A stretch of DNA of 64,000 nucleotides from Acidobacteriota bacterium. GTDB taxonomy: Bacteria; Acidobacteriota; Thermoanaerobaculia; UBA5066; Gp7-AA6. How positions within the stretch are numbered: the stretch's first letter is position 1; every line of letters begins with the position of its first letter. The stretch spans positions 2,752 through 66,751 of the forward strand of contig JBKOZO010000021.1 in the NCBI GenBank assembly GCA_046725935.1, read 5' to 3'. A program made the position numbers and the translations under genes. This document shows, piece by piece, positions 21,473 to 30,461 of the stretch. The notes below the pieces were generated by a model, which saw nothing but the letters and a program-made list of their open reading frames with translations, did not search any database and was not told where the DNA came from.

Positions 21473-21487
21473 TGGCACTGTTACTGC
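21473..21487 (+). promoter_or_regulatory. candidate sigma-54 (-24/-12) promoter
   Basis: TGGCACtgttaCTGC. The GG and GC dinucleotides are spaced as in TGGCAC-N5-TTGC. It lies about 27 nt upstream of the lpxC ATG. Confidence 0.3.
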
Positions 21488-21513
21488 GAGGGATCCGTTC
21501 GCGTAGACGAGGC

Positions 21514-22401
21514 ATGAGACAGCAGGCAACTCTCCGAACTACGGTTTCCATCGAGGGCGTCGGACTTCATTCAGGCCATCCCGTCCGCGCCCACTTCCGC
21601 CCCGCTCCTCCCGACCACGGGCTCGTTTTCGTACGGCTCGAGCACTCCGCCACACCGATTCCGGCCCGGCTGGAGTCCGCGGCGACGTTCGATTACGCCA
21701 CGACACTCAAGCGCGAAGACGTCTCGATCGGGACAGTCGAGCACGTTCTGGCCGCGGCGGCCGGCGTCGGACTGGACAACTGTCTGATCGAGATCGAGGG
21801 TCCCGAAGTCCCGATCCTCGACGGCTCGAGCCTGCCCTTCGTGCGCCTGTTCCACGCCGCCGGGTTCGAGCGGCAGGACTCCCGGGCCCGGCCACTGGCC
21901 CTCGACCGACCCGTGGAGGTGACACGTGAGGATCGCCGGGTCCTCTACGTACCCGACGGTCCCGGCCTGACCATCACGTACGAGATCGACTTCCCGCACC
22001 CGATCGTCGGCCGCCAGGAGATGACGTTCACGCTCCGGCCCGAAGAATTCGCGTCGCGCATCGCGCCGGCCCGGACCTTCGGATTCGCGCGGGACGTCGC
22101 CGAGCTGCGGTCGCGCGGTCTCGCCCGGGGCGGCAGCCTGCAGAACGCGGTCGTTCTCGACGACACCGGAATCGTCTCGGGACCGCTGCGGTTCCGCGAC
22201 GAGTTCGTGCGGCACAAGGTCCTGGACCTGATCGGCGACCTGGCGTTGCTGGGTCAGCCTCTCCACGGACGGATCCACGCCCGGAAGGCCGGCCACGCGC
22301 TCCACATCGAGTTCGCGCGCGCGCTCCACGCGGCCGTCGCCAGCCCCTCCGCCGGCGTCGCGGAGACGGAGTCGGTGGACGAGCAGGCCTCGGGCATCTA
22401 A
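21514..22401 (+). CDS. lpxC: UDP-3-O-acyl-N-acetylglucosamine deacetylase
   Basis: MRQQATLRTTVSIEGVGLHSGHPVRAHFRPAP...EHVLAA...HKVLDLIGDLAL. The listed ORF begins 48 nt upstream at an alternative start. Confidence 0.95.
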   Translation: MRQQATLRTTVSIEGVGLHSGHPVRAHFRPAPPDHGLVFVRLEHSATPIPARLESAATFDYATTLKREDVSIGTVEHVLAAAAGVGLDNCLIEIEGPEVPILDGSSLPFVRLFHAAGFERQDSRARPLALDRPVEVTREDRRVLYVPDGPGLTITYEIDFPHPIVGRQEMTFTLRPEEFASRIAPARTFGFARDVAELRSRGLARGGSLQNAVVLDDTGIVSGPLRFRDEFVRHKVLDLIGDLALLGQPLHGRIHARKAGHALHIEFARALHAAVASPSAGVAETESVDEQASGI

Positions 22402-22613
22402 TCTTAACCGTCGATTCCTTCCTGCGCTCCGCGGCGCCGCCGCGGTCGGCACGCGCCGGCAAGTCCCTGAAATGGCTTGCCGGCCGGCGCTGAGTCCGTA
22501 GGCCCAGTCGCTTCGGCCCGACTCGGCACCGGTCGGTGCGGGCCATAGAGGCCAATCGCCGCGTGCCGAGCGCGGCCGGCGGGCCGGCGTTGACTCGATA
22601 CAATCCCCGCCGG

Positions 22614-23189
22614 ATGCGTGTCCGGATGGGAGTTGCCGTCCTCGTGCTCGTGGGCCTCGCGGACGGCGCGCCGACGGCCGCCGCGAAGGACCTCCCCGTT
22701 CCGCGAATCAGCGTGCTCCGGATCGAGCCCCGCGGCCCCGACGTCATCATCAAGCGTTTCCACCTCGAGGGGGCCCTGAACCCGGAGCTCGCGCGCAAGA
22801 TCGAAGCGGGCCTCGAGACGACCATCCGCTACGACATCCGGCTCTACCGCCAGTACCGCTGGTGGTTCGACTCGTTCCAGGAGGCGCGGATCTACCAGGT
22901 GACCGTGACTTTCGATCCGGTCACGCGCGAGTACGTCGTCGACGAGACGATGGACGCCAAGCCTCTGCGGCACTCGACCACGCGGGACTTCGAGGAAGTT
23001 TCGCGCACGCTGGCGGATGGCGAGAACCTAGTCGTGTTCCGCGTCGCCGAGGGCAAGCCGCGCCGCAACCTCTACGTCTCGATGCGTGCCACGTTCGACT
23101 CGCGCTACCTCTTCGCGTTCATTCCCGTCGACACGCGCACGGGCTGGAAGAAGTCGCGCAAGTTCGACATGCCGCCGGCGAGCCCATGA
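22614..23189 (+). CDS. DUF4390-like periplasmic protein
   Basis: Signal peptide MRVRMGVAVLVLVGLADGAP, then LEGALNPELARKIEAGLETTIRYDIRLYR...YLFAFIP. The stop overlaps the ntrY-like start (ATGA at 23186-23189). Confidence 0.7.
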   Translation: MRVRMGVAVLVLVGLADGAPTAAAKDLPVPRISVLRIEPRGPDVIIKRFHLEGALNPELARKIEAGLETTIRYDIRLYRQYRWWFDSFQEARIYQVTVTFDPVTREYVVDETMDAKPLRHSTTRDFEEVSRTLADGENLVVFRVAEGKPRRNLYVSMRATFDSRYLFAFIPVDTRTGWKKSRKFDMPPASP

Positions 23190-25318
23190 GCGCCCGGGAC
23201 GAGTCACAGAAGCGCCGCCGGGACAACCGCCTGGTCGTCGGGCTCGCGCTGCTCGTCCTGATCGTCTGGTCCGCCGTTCGCGTGCTGGAGGAGCGGGCAT
23301 CCGAAGAGACGTCCTCGGTCACGCGCGGCCTCCTTCTCTTCGTGCTCTCCTACATCAACGTCACGCTGATCGCGGCGGTCCGCTTCGTCCTCTGCCGCTC
23401 TGTGGTCAAGCTCTGGCTCGAGCGCCGCCGTGGCGGGCGGGGCTCGCAGTTCTAGACCAAGCTGCTGGTGACGTACATCGGCTTGACGGCGATCCCCATC
23501 GGCCTGCTCTTTTTCACGGCCACCGGGCTCATCGAGCGATCGATCGATCGCTGGTTCTCGTCGCCGGTCCGGGACGTGGTCGACCGCGCGCGCGCCGTCG
23601 AAGACACGGCCGAGAAGCGCATCGGCGACGAGGCCCTCGAGGACGCCCGCGCCCTCGCGGGAGTGCCCGGGGTCCCGTCGGACGACGCGCTGGAGCGGTT
23701 CCGGCGCGATCACCGGCTGGACTCGGCCGAGCTCTACCGCGGCGCAACCCGTGTGGCGGGGGCCGGAGGCGTTCCGCCGCTGCCGAAGGAGACGCTCGAT
23801 GCCGCGCGGCAGCGCGGCGACGCGCTGAAGGTCGAGCGCCTGCCTGACGGAGCGCACCGGATTCGCGCGGCGGTCTTCGCCGGCGGCCAGATCTATTCGG
23901 CGGGCCTCCACGTCCCGGCCTCGGAGGCGCGCGCCATGGAGGCGATCGCGACGGCCTGGAGCGAATACCAGAAGCTGGAGCTGCGAAAGCCCTCGATCGT
24001 CGCGGCCAACGTCTCGAGCTTCCTGCTGATCACGCTCGCGATCCTCTTCGCTTCGATCTGGACCGGGCTGGCCCTGGCGCGGCGCATCACCGTGCCGATC
24101 GCCGCGCTCGCCGAGTCCACGCGCCGCATCCGATCGGGAGACCTCTCGGCCCGCGTGGACGTCCGGGCCAACGACGAGCTGGGTGTGCTGGTCGATTCGT
24201 TCAACAGCATGGCGGCCGGCCTGGAAGACGGCCGGGGGGCACTCCTGTCGTCGAACCGGGAGTTGCTCGCCTCCAACCTCCGTCTCGACGTCGAGCGGCG
24301 CCTTCTGGCGACCGTCCTGGAGTCGGTCACTACCGGCGTGCTCGCGGTGGACGCCGAGGGCCATTTCACGGTGTGCAATCCGGCGGCCCGCGCCCTGCTG
24401 ACGCTTCCGCCCGACCCGCCGACGCTCGAGACGCTCCGTGCCCGGCCGGACCTGACGTCCCTGGCCGGAATGATCGAGGACGCGCGAAAGGGCCGGCTCG
24501 CCGGACACGCCCTGGCCGCCTCCGCGCTCGTCCTCGCGGGGCCGGAGGGAGAACGCCGCCTCGAGGTCGCACTCCGGCCGCTGGCGGCTCCCCCCGGCGA
24601 AGCCGGAGGCTTCGTGCTGGCCATCGAGGACACGACGCACGTCGCGCGCGAGCAGAAGCTGGCGGCGTGGAGCGAGGTGGCCCGGCGCGTCGCGCACGAG
24701 ATCAAGAATCCCCTGACCCCCATCCGCCTTTCGGCCGAGCGGATGGCTCGCCGCCTGAAGACAGGCGACCCCGATCTGCCGCGGACCATCGAGCGCGGCA
24801 CGCGGGTGATCGTCCAGGAGGTGGACTTCCTCAAATCGCTCGTGGACGAGTTCTCGAGCTTCGCCCGTCTGCCCGAGATGCGCCCCGAGCCGACGGATCT
24901 GGTGGCCCTGGCTCGGGCGGCGGTCCGTCTCTTCGAGGGAGCGCGGGAAGGCGTCTCGATCCGGGTCGAGTCGCGCCTCCCCGCAGGCGCGATCCGTGTG
25001 GATCCCGACCAGATCAAGCGCGCCCTGACCAACCTGATCGACAACGCGCTCGCGGCGTGCGGAGACAGCGGGGAGATCGTCGTCCGCCTGGCTGCGCGCG
25101 ACGGCGGCGTGACGCTGGAGGTCGCCGACACCGGCCACGGCGTGCCGGCGCGGGACCGCGAGCGGCTCTTCCTGCCGGACTTCACGACCAAGGGCCGCGG
25201 CACGGGACTGGGCCTGGCGATCGTGTCGCGCATCGTCGCCGACCACAACGGCTCGATCCGCGTCGAGGACAACCGGCCGCGCGGCGCGCGGTTCATCATC
25301 GAGCTTCCCGCCGCGTGA
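23186..25318 (+). pseudogene. ntrY: NtrY-like sensor histidine kinase interrupted by an in-frame TAG (23453-23455)
   Basis: Listed ORFs 22862-23455 and 23468-25318 share one frame. Read-through gives ...LWLERRRGGRGSQF*TKLLVTYIGLTAIPIGLLFF..., followed by HAMP, PAS, the H-box VAHEIKNPLTPIRLSAERM and a HATPase domain (DTGHGV...GTGLGL). Confidence 0.8.
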
Positions 25319-26673
25319 AGAAGCGCCGCGTCCTCGTCGTCGACGACGAAAAGGCGATCCAGGAGACGCTGTCGGAGATCCTCGCCGACGAAGGCTACGA
25401 GGTCGCGGCGGCGGCGTCGGGGGAAGAGGGCCTGCGGCGGCTTCGCGATGAAGCGTTCGACCTCGTGCTCCTCGACGTCTGGCTGAAGGACCGCGACGGA
25501 CTCTCCGTGCTCGAGGCCGCCGCCGACCGGCTGCGCGAGGTGCCGGTCGTGATGATTTCGGGCCACGGCAACGTCGAGACCGCGGTCCGCGCCGTGCGGC
25601 TCGGCGCCTACGACTTCCTCGAGAAGCCGCTGTCGCTCGAGCGCGTGATCCTGACCGCACAGAAGGCGATCGAGCGCCGCGATCTGCTGGCCGAGGTCGT
25701 GCGCTTTCGCGGTCAGAGCGAGGCGGAAGCCGTGCTTCTCGGCGAGTCGCTCCCGATGCGGCGCCTCCGCGACGAGATCGCCCGGGTCGCCGCCGTGGAC
25801 GCGCGCGTGCTGATCACGGGCGAAAACGGCACCGGCAAGGAGCTCGTCGCGCGGGCGATCCACCGGGCGTCCACGCGCGCCGACGCACGCCTCGTCGAGG
25901 TCAACTGCGCCGCGATCCCGGAGGAGCTGATCGAATCCGAGCTCTTCGGCCACGTCCGCGGCGCGTTCACCGGCGCCACCGACGACCGCCGCGGAAAGTT
26001 CGAGGAGGCCGACGGCGGGACGCTCTTCCTCGACGAGGTCGGCGACATGTCCGCCCGGACCCAGGCCAAGGTGCTCCGCGCGCTCCAGGAGCGGACGTTC
26101 ACCCGGGTCGGAGGCGCCCGCCCGATCTCCTCCGACGCGCGGGTCCTATCGGCCACCAACAAGGACCTCGCCGAGGAGATCCGCCGCGGTAACTTCCGGG
26201 AGGACTTGTACTTCCGCCTGGCCGTCGTGCCGGTCGCCGTGCCTCCCCTGCGCGACCGGGGCGACGACATCGCCCTGCTCGCCTCGGCGTTCCTGCGCGA
26301 CGGGTCGGCGCGCTTCGGCCACCGGCCGAAGACGCTGTCGCCGGCGGCCGTGGAAGCCCTCGCGGAATACCGCTGGCCCGGCAACGTGCGGGAGCTGAAG
26401 AACGTGATCGAGCGCGTGGTGATCCTCTGCCCCGCCGATGAGGTCCGGCGCGAGGACCTGCCCGCCGAGATCCGGGACGCCGAGCTGTCGGCGCCGCTTC
26501 CGGCCAACGCGCCGCTGCGCGACGCCCGCGACGACTTCGAGCGGCGCTACATCCTGGCCGCGATCCGCCGCCATCGCGGCAACGTCAGCCGCGCCGCCGA
26601 GACGCTGCAGGTGGAGCGTTCGAATCTGTACCGGAAGCTGAAGGGGTACGGGATCGAGGTCGAGCGCGAGTAG
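25315..26673 (+). CDS. ntrX: sigma-54-dependent response regulator (NtrX/NtrC family)
   Basis: The GTG 25315 start overlaps the kinase stop (GTGA). REC domain (VLVVDDE...LLDVWL), AAA+ domain (GENGTGKE, intact GAFTGA) and a C-terminal Fis-type HTH. Confidence 0.9.
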   Translation: MKKRRVLVVDDEKAIQETLSEILADEGYEVAAAASGEEGLRRLRDEAFDLVLLDVWLKDRDGLSVLEAAADRLREVPVVMISGHGNVETAVRAVRLGAYDFLEKPLSLERVILTAQKAIERRDLLAEVVRFRGQSEAEAVLLGESLPMRRLRDEIARVAAVDARVLITGENGTGKELVARAIHRASTRADARLVEVNCAAIPEELIESELFGHVRGAFTGATDDRRGKFEEADGGTLFLDEVGDMSARTQAKVLRALQERTFTRVGGARPISSDARVLSATNKDLAEEIRRGNFREDLYFRLAVVPVAVPPLRDRGDDIALLASAFLRDGSARFGHRPKTLSPAAVEALAEYRWPGNVRELKNVIERVVILCPADEVRREDLPAEIRDAELSAPLPANAPLRDARDDFERRYILAAIRRHRGNVSRAAETLQVERSNLYRKLKGYGIEVERE

Positions 26674-26676
26674 GGC

Positions 26677-27576
26677 TCACTCCTCGAGCAGCTTCGTCTC
26701 GAGAACCTGATCGGGCGTGAACTTCTCGAGCCTCAGGTAGTGCTCGGCCGCGGCGAAGAGCGCGTCGGCCGGAGTCAGACCCACGATCTCCGAGCCCACG
26801 ATCGCCACGCCGTGGCGCTCGGCCTCGGACCGCACGCACTCGAAGACGCGATGGAGCGGTGTCTTCTTGAAGTTGGTCATGTTGATGGAGACCTGGACCT
26901 GTCCGCGCTCGGCCAGCTCCACGCCCATCGCCTTGACGTACCGGAAGCCTCCGGACATGTAGCGGATCGCCTTCGCGATGCGGTCCGCGACTGCCAGGTC
27001 GCGCGTGTCCAGGTTGATGTTGTACGCGATCAGGAACGGACGCGCGCCCACCGCCACAGCTCCGGCCGACGGATGCGGCTCGCGAGGACCGAAGTCGGGC
27101 GCCCAGCGCGGGTCCTTCATCTTCTCGGCGAAACCTTCGAACTGCCCCCTGCGCACGTCGGCCAGATTGCGCCGGTGCTCGGCCGTGGCCGCCTCCTCGT
27201 AGAGGTACACCGGAACCCCGAAGCGCTCGGCGATCTCGGCGCCCGCTTCGCGCGCCAGCTTCACGCAGTCCTCGGTCGAGCTTCCGCGCAGCGGAATGAA
27301 CGGCACGACGTCGACGGCTCCCATGCGAGGGTGCTCTCCCTGGTGCCGGCGGAGGTCGATCCGGGGCAGGACCGCCTCGAAGAGCGCCCGCACCCCCTGG
27401 CGGACCGCCGCGGCATCACCGACGAAGGTCAGGACGCTTCGGTTATGCGATGTGTCCGAGGACACGTCGAGAAGCCGGACGCCGGGCACATCCCGCACCG
27501 CGGAGGCGACGGCATCGATGACCGCGCGGTCGCGGCCCTCGGAGATGTTCGGGACACACTCGATCAGCGCGGGCAA
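26677..27576 (-). CDS. glutamate formimidoyltransferase
   Basis: MPALIECVPNISEGRD...; the 299-aa length and N-terminal motif are typical of the FtcD N-terminal domain family. Confidence 0.88.
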   Translation of the reverse strand: MPALIECVPNISEGRDRAVIDAVASAVRDVPGVRLLDVSSDTSHNRSVLTFVGDAAAVRQGVRALFEAVLPRIDLRRHQGEHPRMGAVDVVPFIPLRGSSTEDCVKLAREAGAEIAERFGVPVYLYEEAATAEHRRNLADVRRGQFEGFAEKMKDPRWAPDFGPREPHPSAGAVAVGARPFLIAYNINLDTRDLAVADRIAKAIRYMSGGFRYVKAMGVELAERGQVQVSINMTNFKKTPLHRVFECVRSEAERHGVAIVGSEIVGLTPADALFAAAEHYLRLEKFTPDQVLETKLLEE

Positions 27577-27664
27577 GTCGGAAGTTCCTGACCGGGCAGT
27601 CTATAATCTCCTCCATAGTGAGAACCAAAATCGTACCTTCCCCCGTGGCCACGGGGAGCGCCGC

Positions 27665-29935
27665 ATGAGCGCGGAACCGGTCTCCTATCCCGGCAACCCC
27701 TCGCTGCCGCGCGAGGTCCGGGACAAGATCCTCTCGACGTTCCGCCACACCCTGAACCTCTACAAGGAGGGGAAGGCCGACGACTGCGTCATCGGCTGCG
27801 ACTTCATCCTGAAGATGGATCCGCGCTTCGCGCCGGCCCGGCAGCTCATGGAGAAGACCAAGAACCCGGCCGCTGGAGTCGACGTCGGGGCTCTGGAAGC
27901 GATCGTCGCGGCCACGCCCACCCGGCAGGAGCGCGTGGCGTCGGTCGACACCGACCGGTTGCTGGTCCGCGCGGCCGAGAGCCTGAACGCCCGCGACTTC
28001 GACGCCGCCATCGCGACGGCCGAGCAGGTCTTGAAGGTGCTGCCCGGAAATCAGGACGCCGGTGCGATCCTGGAACAGGCGCGGCAGCGCAAGAACGCGC
28101 AGCCCCAGTTCGAAGCGACGCGGCAGCGCGCCATCGCAGCCCTCGACGGGGGCCGAACGGCCGAGGCTCGCGCGGCGCTGGACAAGATGCGAGTCCTCGA
28201 CCCCGAGCATCCGGCGGTCGCGCTGCTCGAGCGGCGCATCGCGACAGCCGCGGCTCCCGCCGCCGAGGAGGTGGGCGAGTCGACCAACCCCGGCCTGAAT
28301 CTGGCCGAGATTCCGGACATGGCTCCGCCGGACGCCGAGCCCGTCGCGCCCAGCTCCGACGGCCTCGATCACCTGAGCCTCGATTCCCTCTCGCTCGACG
28401 AGCCCAGCCCCGCATACGTGCCGCCCCCGCGAAGCACGGGCGACTCGGTGACCGGCCCTCTTTCCCTCGGAAGCGACGCCCCGGCGGACATCTTCGGATC
28501 CGCGTCCGAGCCCGGGAGTCCCCCGAATCTCTGGAGCGAGGGCCCCTCGGAGGAAAGCCCCGGGAGCGGCTTCGGCCTCTCGACGTTCGAGGAGCCGGCG
28601 GCAGCCTCCGCGCCGGAGCCCAACTTTTCGGCGGCGGCTCCGGAGCCCTCGCCGCAGCAGGAAGTGGAATCGCTGCTGGCCAAGGGCGACGAGGCGGCGC
28701 GCCTCGGAAACCGGCAGCAGGCCATCGAGATCTGGTCGCGGATCTTCCTGATCGACATCAACAACTCCGAAGCGGTCGGCCGCATCGAGGCGGCGCGCAA
28801 GGAGATGGCCGAGGGAAACCGGCGTGTCGCCGAAGGCCTCCGGCGCGGACGCGAGAAATTCGAGGCGGGCGACTTCACCGCCGCCCGCGAGGCTTTCCTC
28901 GAGGTCCTCGCCCTCGACGAGAGCGACGCCACCGCGCGCTCCTACCTCGACCGCATCGAGCAGGAGCTGGCCCGCCCCTCGGCGGGGCTGGACCTGGCGC
29001 GAAAGACACCGGCGAGCGACATCCTTTCCGAAGAGATGGCCGAAGCGGCCGAGCCCTCGATCGCCGAAGAACCTGCCGCCGCGCCGAAAGCGGCGGCCGC
29101 CGCGAGGGCTCCCCGCCGTCCGATGGACCGGCGATTCCTTCTGGCCCTCGGAGGCGCGCTGGTCCTGGCGCTGGCCGTCGGCGGCTACTTCATGCTGCGC
29201 TCGGGAGGATCCAAGGCCGCCCCGGCTCGGGCCGGCGACGGGCCGTCGCTCGAGCACGCGACCGCTCTCTTTCGCGAAGGAAAGATGGCCGAGACGGTCG
29301 CCGAGCTGCGACAGATCGCGCCCGGACATCCCGACTATGCCCGCGCTCAGAAGCTTCTCGCTTCCCTCACTCGCAAGGCCGGAGAGCAGGCGGCCGCGGC
29401 CGGGGGCAGCGAAGGCGCGGCGGCGGAGACTGCGGCGTCGGCGCCGGCCTCGACCGGGCCTCCCCCCGAAGCCGTCCGCCAGCGGGAAGAGGCGGAGAAA
29501 GCGCTCAACGAGAAGCGCTACATCGACGCGCTGAAGAGCTTCAACCTGGCCGCGCCGGCGTATTCGCAGGACCCGAGCTTCACATCGCTCATGGCGTCGG
29601 CGTCGGAGAAGGTCAGCGAGCTCACACCCGCGGTCAAGCTCTACAACGAAGGCGAGTACGAGACCGCGATTCCGATCCTGTGGCGGATCTTCCAGGCGGA
29701 CCGGGCCAACCAGGACGCCCGGTCCTATCTGCTCCGTTCCTACTACAACCAGGGCATCGCCCAGCTCCAGAACGGTCTCTACGCCAAGGCGGCCGAGAGC
29801 TTCGGCGAAGTCATCGCGGTCGACCCGAACGACACGGCGTCGGCGCGCCACAAGAAGTTCGCGGAGCGCTACGGCAAAGGCGATCTGGATCTGATGGGCC
29901 GCATCTACGTCCGGCACATCCAGCAGCGGCCGTAG
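27665..29935 (+). CDS. TPR-repeat protein with a low-complexity acidic/Pro region and one TM segment
   Basis: The real start is ATG 27665 (MSAEPVSYPGNPSLPREVRDKILSTF...). TPR-like repeats at both ends. TM segment FLLALGGALVLALAVGGYFML. Confidence 0.75.
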   Translation: MSAEPVSYPGNPSLPREVRDKILSTFRHTLNLYKEGKADDCVIGCDFILKMDPRFAPARQLMEKTKNPAAGVDVGALEAIVAATPTRQERVASVDTDRLLVRAAESLNARDFDAAIATAEQVLKVLPGNQDAGAILEQARQRKNAQPQFEATRQRAIAALDGGRTAEARAALDKMRVLDPEHPAVALLERRIATAAAPAAEEVGESTNPGLNLAEIPDMAPPDAEPVAPSSDGLDHLSLDSLSLDEPSPAYVPPPRSTGDSVTGPLSLGSDAPADIFGSASEPGSPPNLWSEGPSEESPGSGFGLSTFEEPAAASAPEPNFSAAAPEPSPQQEVESLLAKGDEAARLGNRQQAIEIWSRIFLIDINNSEAVGRIEAARKEMAEGNRRVAEGLRRGREKFEAGDFTAAREAFLEVLALDESDATARSYLDRIEQELARPSAGLDLARKTPASDILSEEMAEAAEPSIAEEPAAAPKAAAAARAPRRPMDRRFLLALGGALVLALAVGGYFMLRSGGSKAAPARAGDGPSLEHATALFREGKMAETVAELRQIAPGHPDYARAQKLLASLTRKAGEQAAAAGGSEGAAAETAASAPASTGPPPEAVRQREEAEKALNEKRYIDALKSFNLAAPAYSQDPSFTSLMASASEKVSELTPAVKLYNEGEYETAIPILWRIFQADRANQDARSYLLRSYYNQGIAQLQNGLYAKAAESFGEVIAVDPNDTASARHKKFAERYGKGDLDLMGRIYVRHIQQRP

Positions 29936-29951
29936 CAGGAGAGCCGGGGCC

Positions 29952-30461
29952 GTGAGGGAGACCGGAAGCCCGCTCGACGATTTCCCGATCCACGGCGACG
30001 CCGCCGGCGTGGAGCTCGCGGCGGTTCCCGAGGTCGAGGCGCCCTCGCCCGTCTCCGGCCGCGCGGCTCCGCTGTCGGCCCGCGTGACGGCGTCGGCCGC
30101 CGACGCCGCGTGCGTGCTGCTCCTGACAGCGATCGCGATCCTCGGCGCGCGCTTCGTCACCGGCGAGAGCCCGAGCCCTGCCGGGCTGATCTGGACCGCC
30201 GCCTTCGCGGTCTTCCTGTCCTTCTTCGCAACGGTGCCGGCCCTCGTTCTCTTCGGAAAGACGGTGGGAATGGCGGTGGCCGACCTTTCGGCGCGTCCGG
30301 AATCGGGTGCCGGCCTCTCCGCCCCGGCGGCGACCCGACGGTGGCTCGGGACGCTGCTGACGGCGGCGACGGCGGGACTCGCGCTCCTGTGGACCCGATC
30401 CGACGCCGCGGCGCCCACGCCGGCGGACCGGCTTTCCGGCCACGCGCTGAACGTTGAGTAG
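29952..30461 (+). CDS. RDD-family membrane protein
   Basis: ORF track. Hydrophobic spans, ...LFGKTVGMAVADL... and the C-terminal ADRLSGHAL motif are typical of RDD proteins. Confidence 0.65.
   Translation: MRETGSPLDDFPIHGDAAGVELAAVPEVEAPSPVSGRAAPLSARVTASAADAACVLLLTAIAILGARFVTGESPSPAGLIWTAAFAVFLSFFATVPALVLFGKTVGMAVADLSARPESGAGLSAPAATRRWLGTLLTAATAGLALLWTRSDAAAPTPADRLSGHALNVE

Noticed and set aside
21305-21513. Possible tmRNA (ssrA) next to smpB
   Set aside because: The intergenic space is only about 210 nt, there is no tRNA-Ala-like acceptor/T-arm with a GGCxxxxGCC...CCA end, and I found no tag-peptide reading frame.
27443-30418. 991-aa minus-strand ORF spanning the ftcD-like start, the TPR gene and the RDD gene
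   Set aside because: It crosses three independently supported genes and an intergenic region. Arg/Gly-rich shadow frame.
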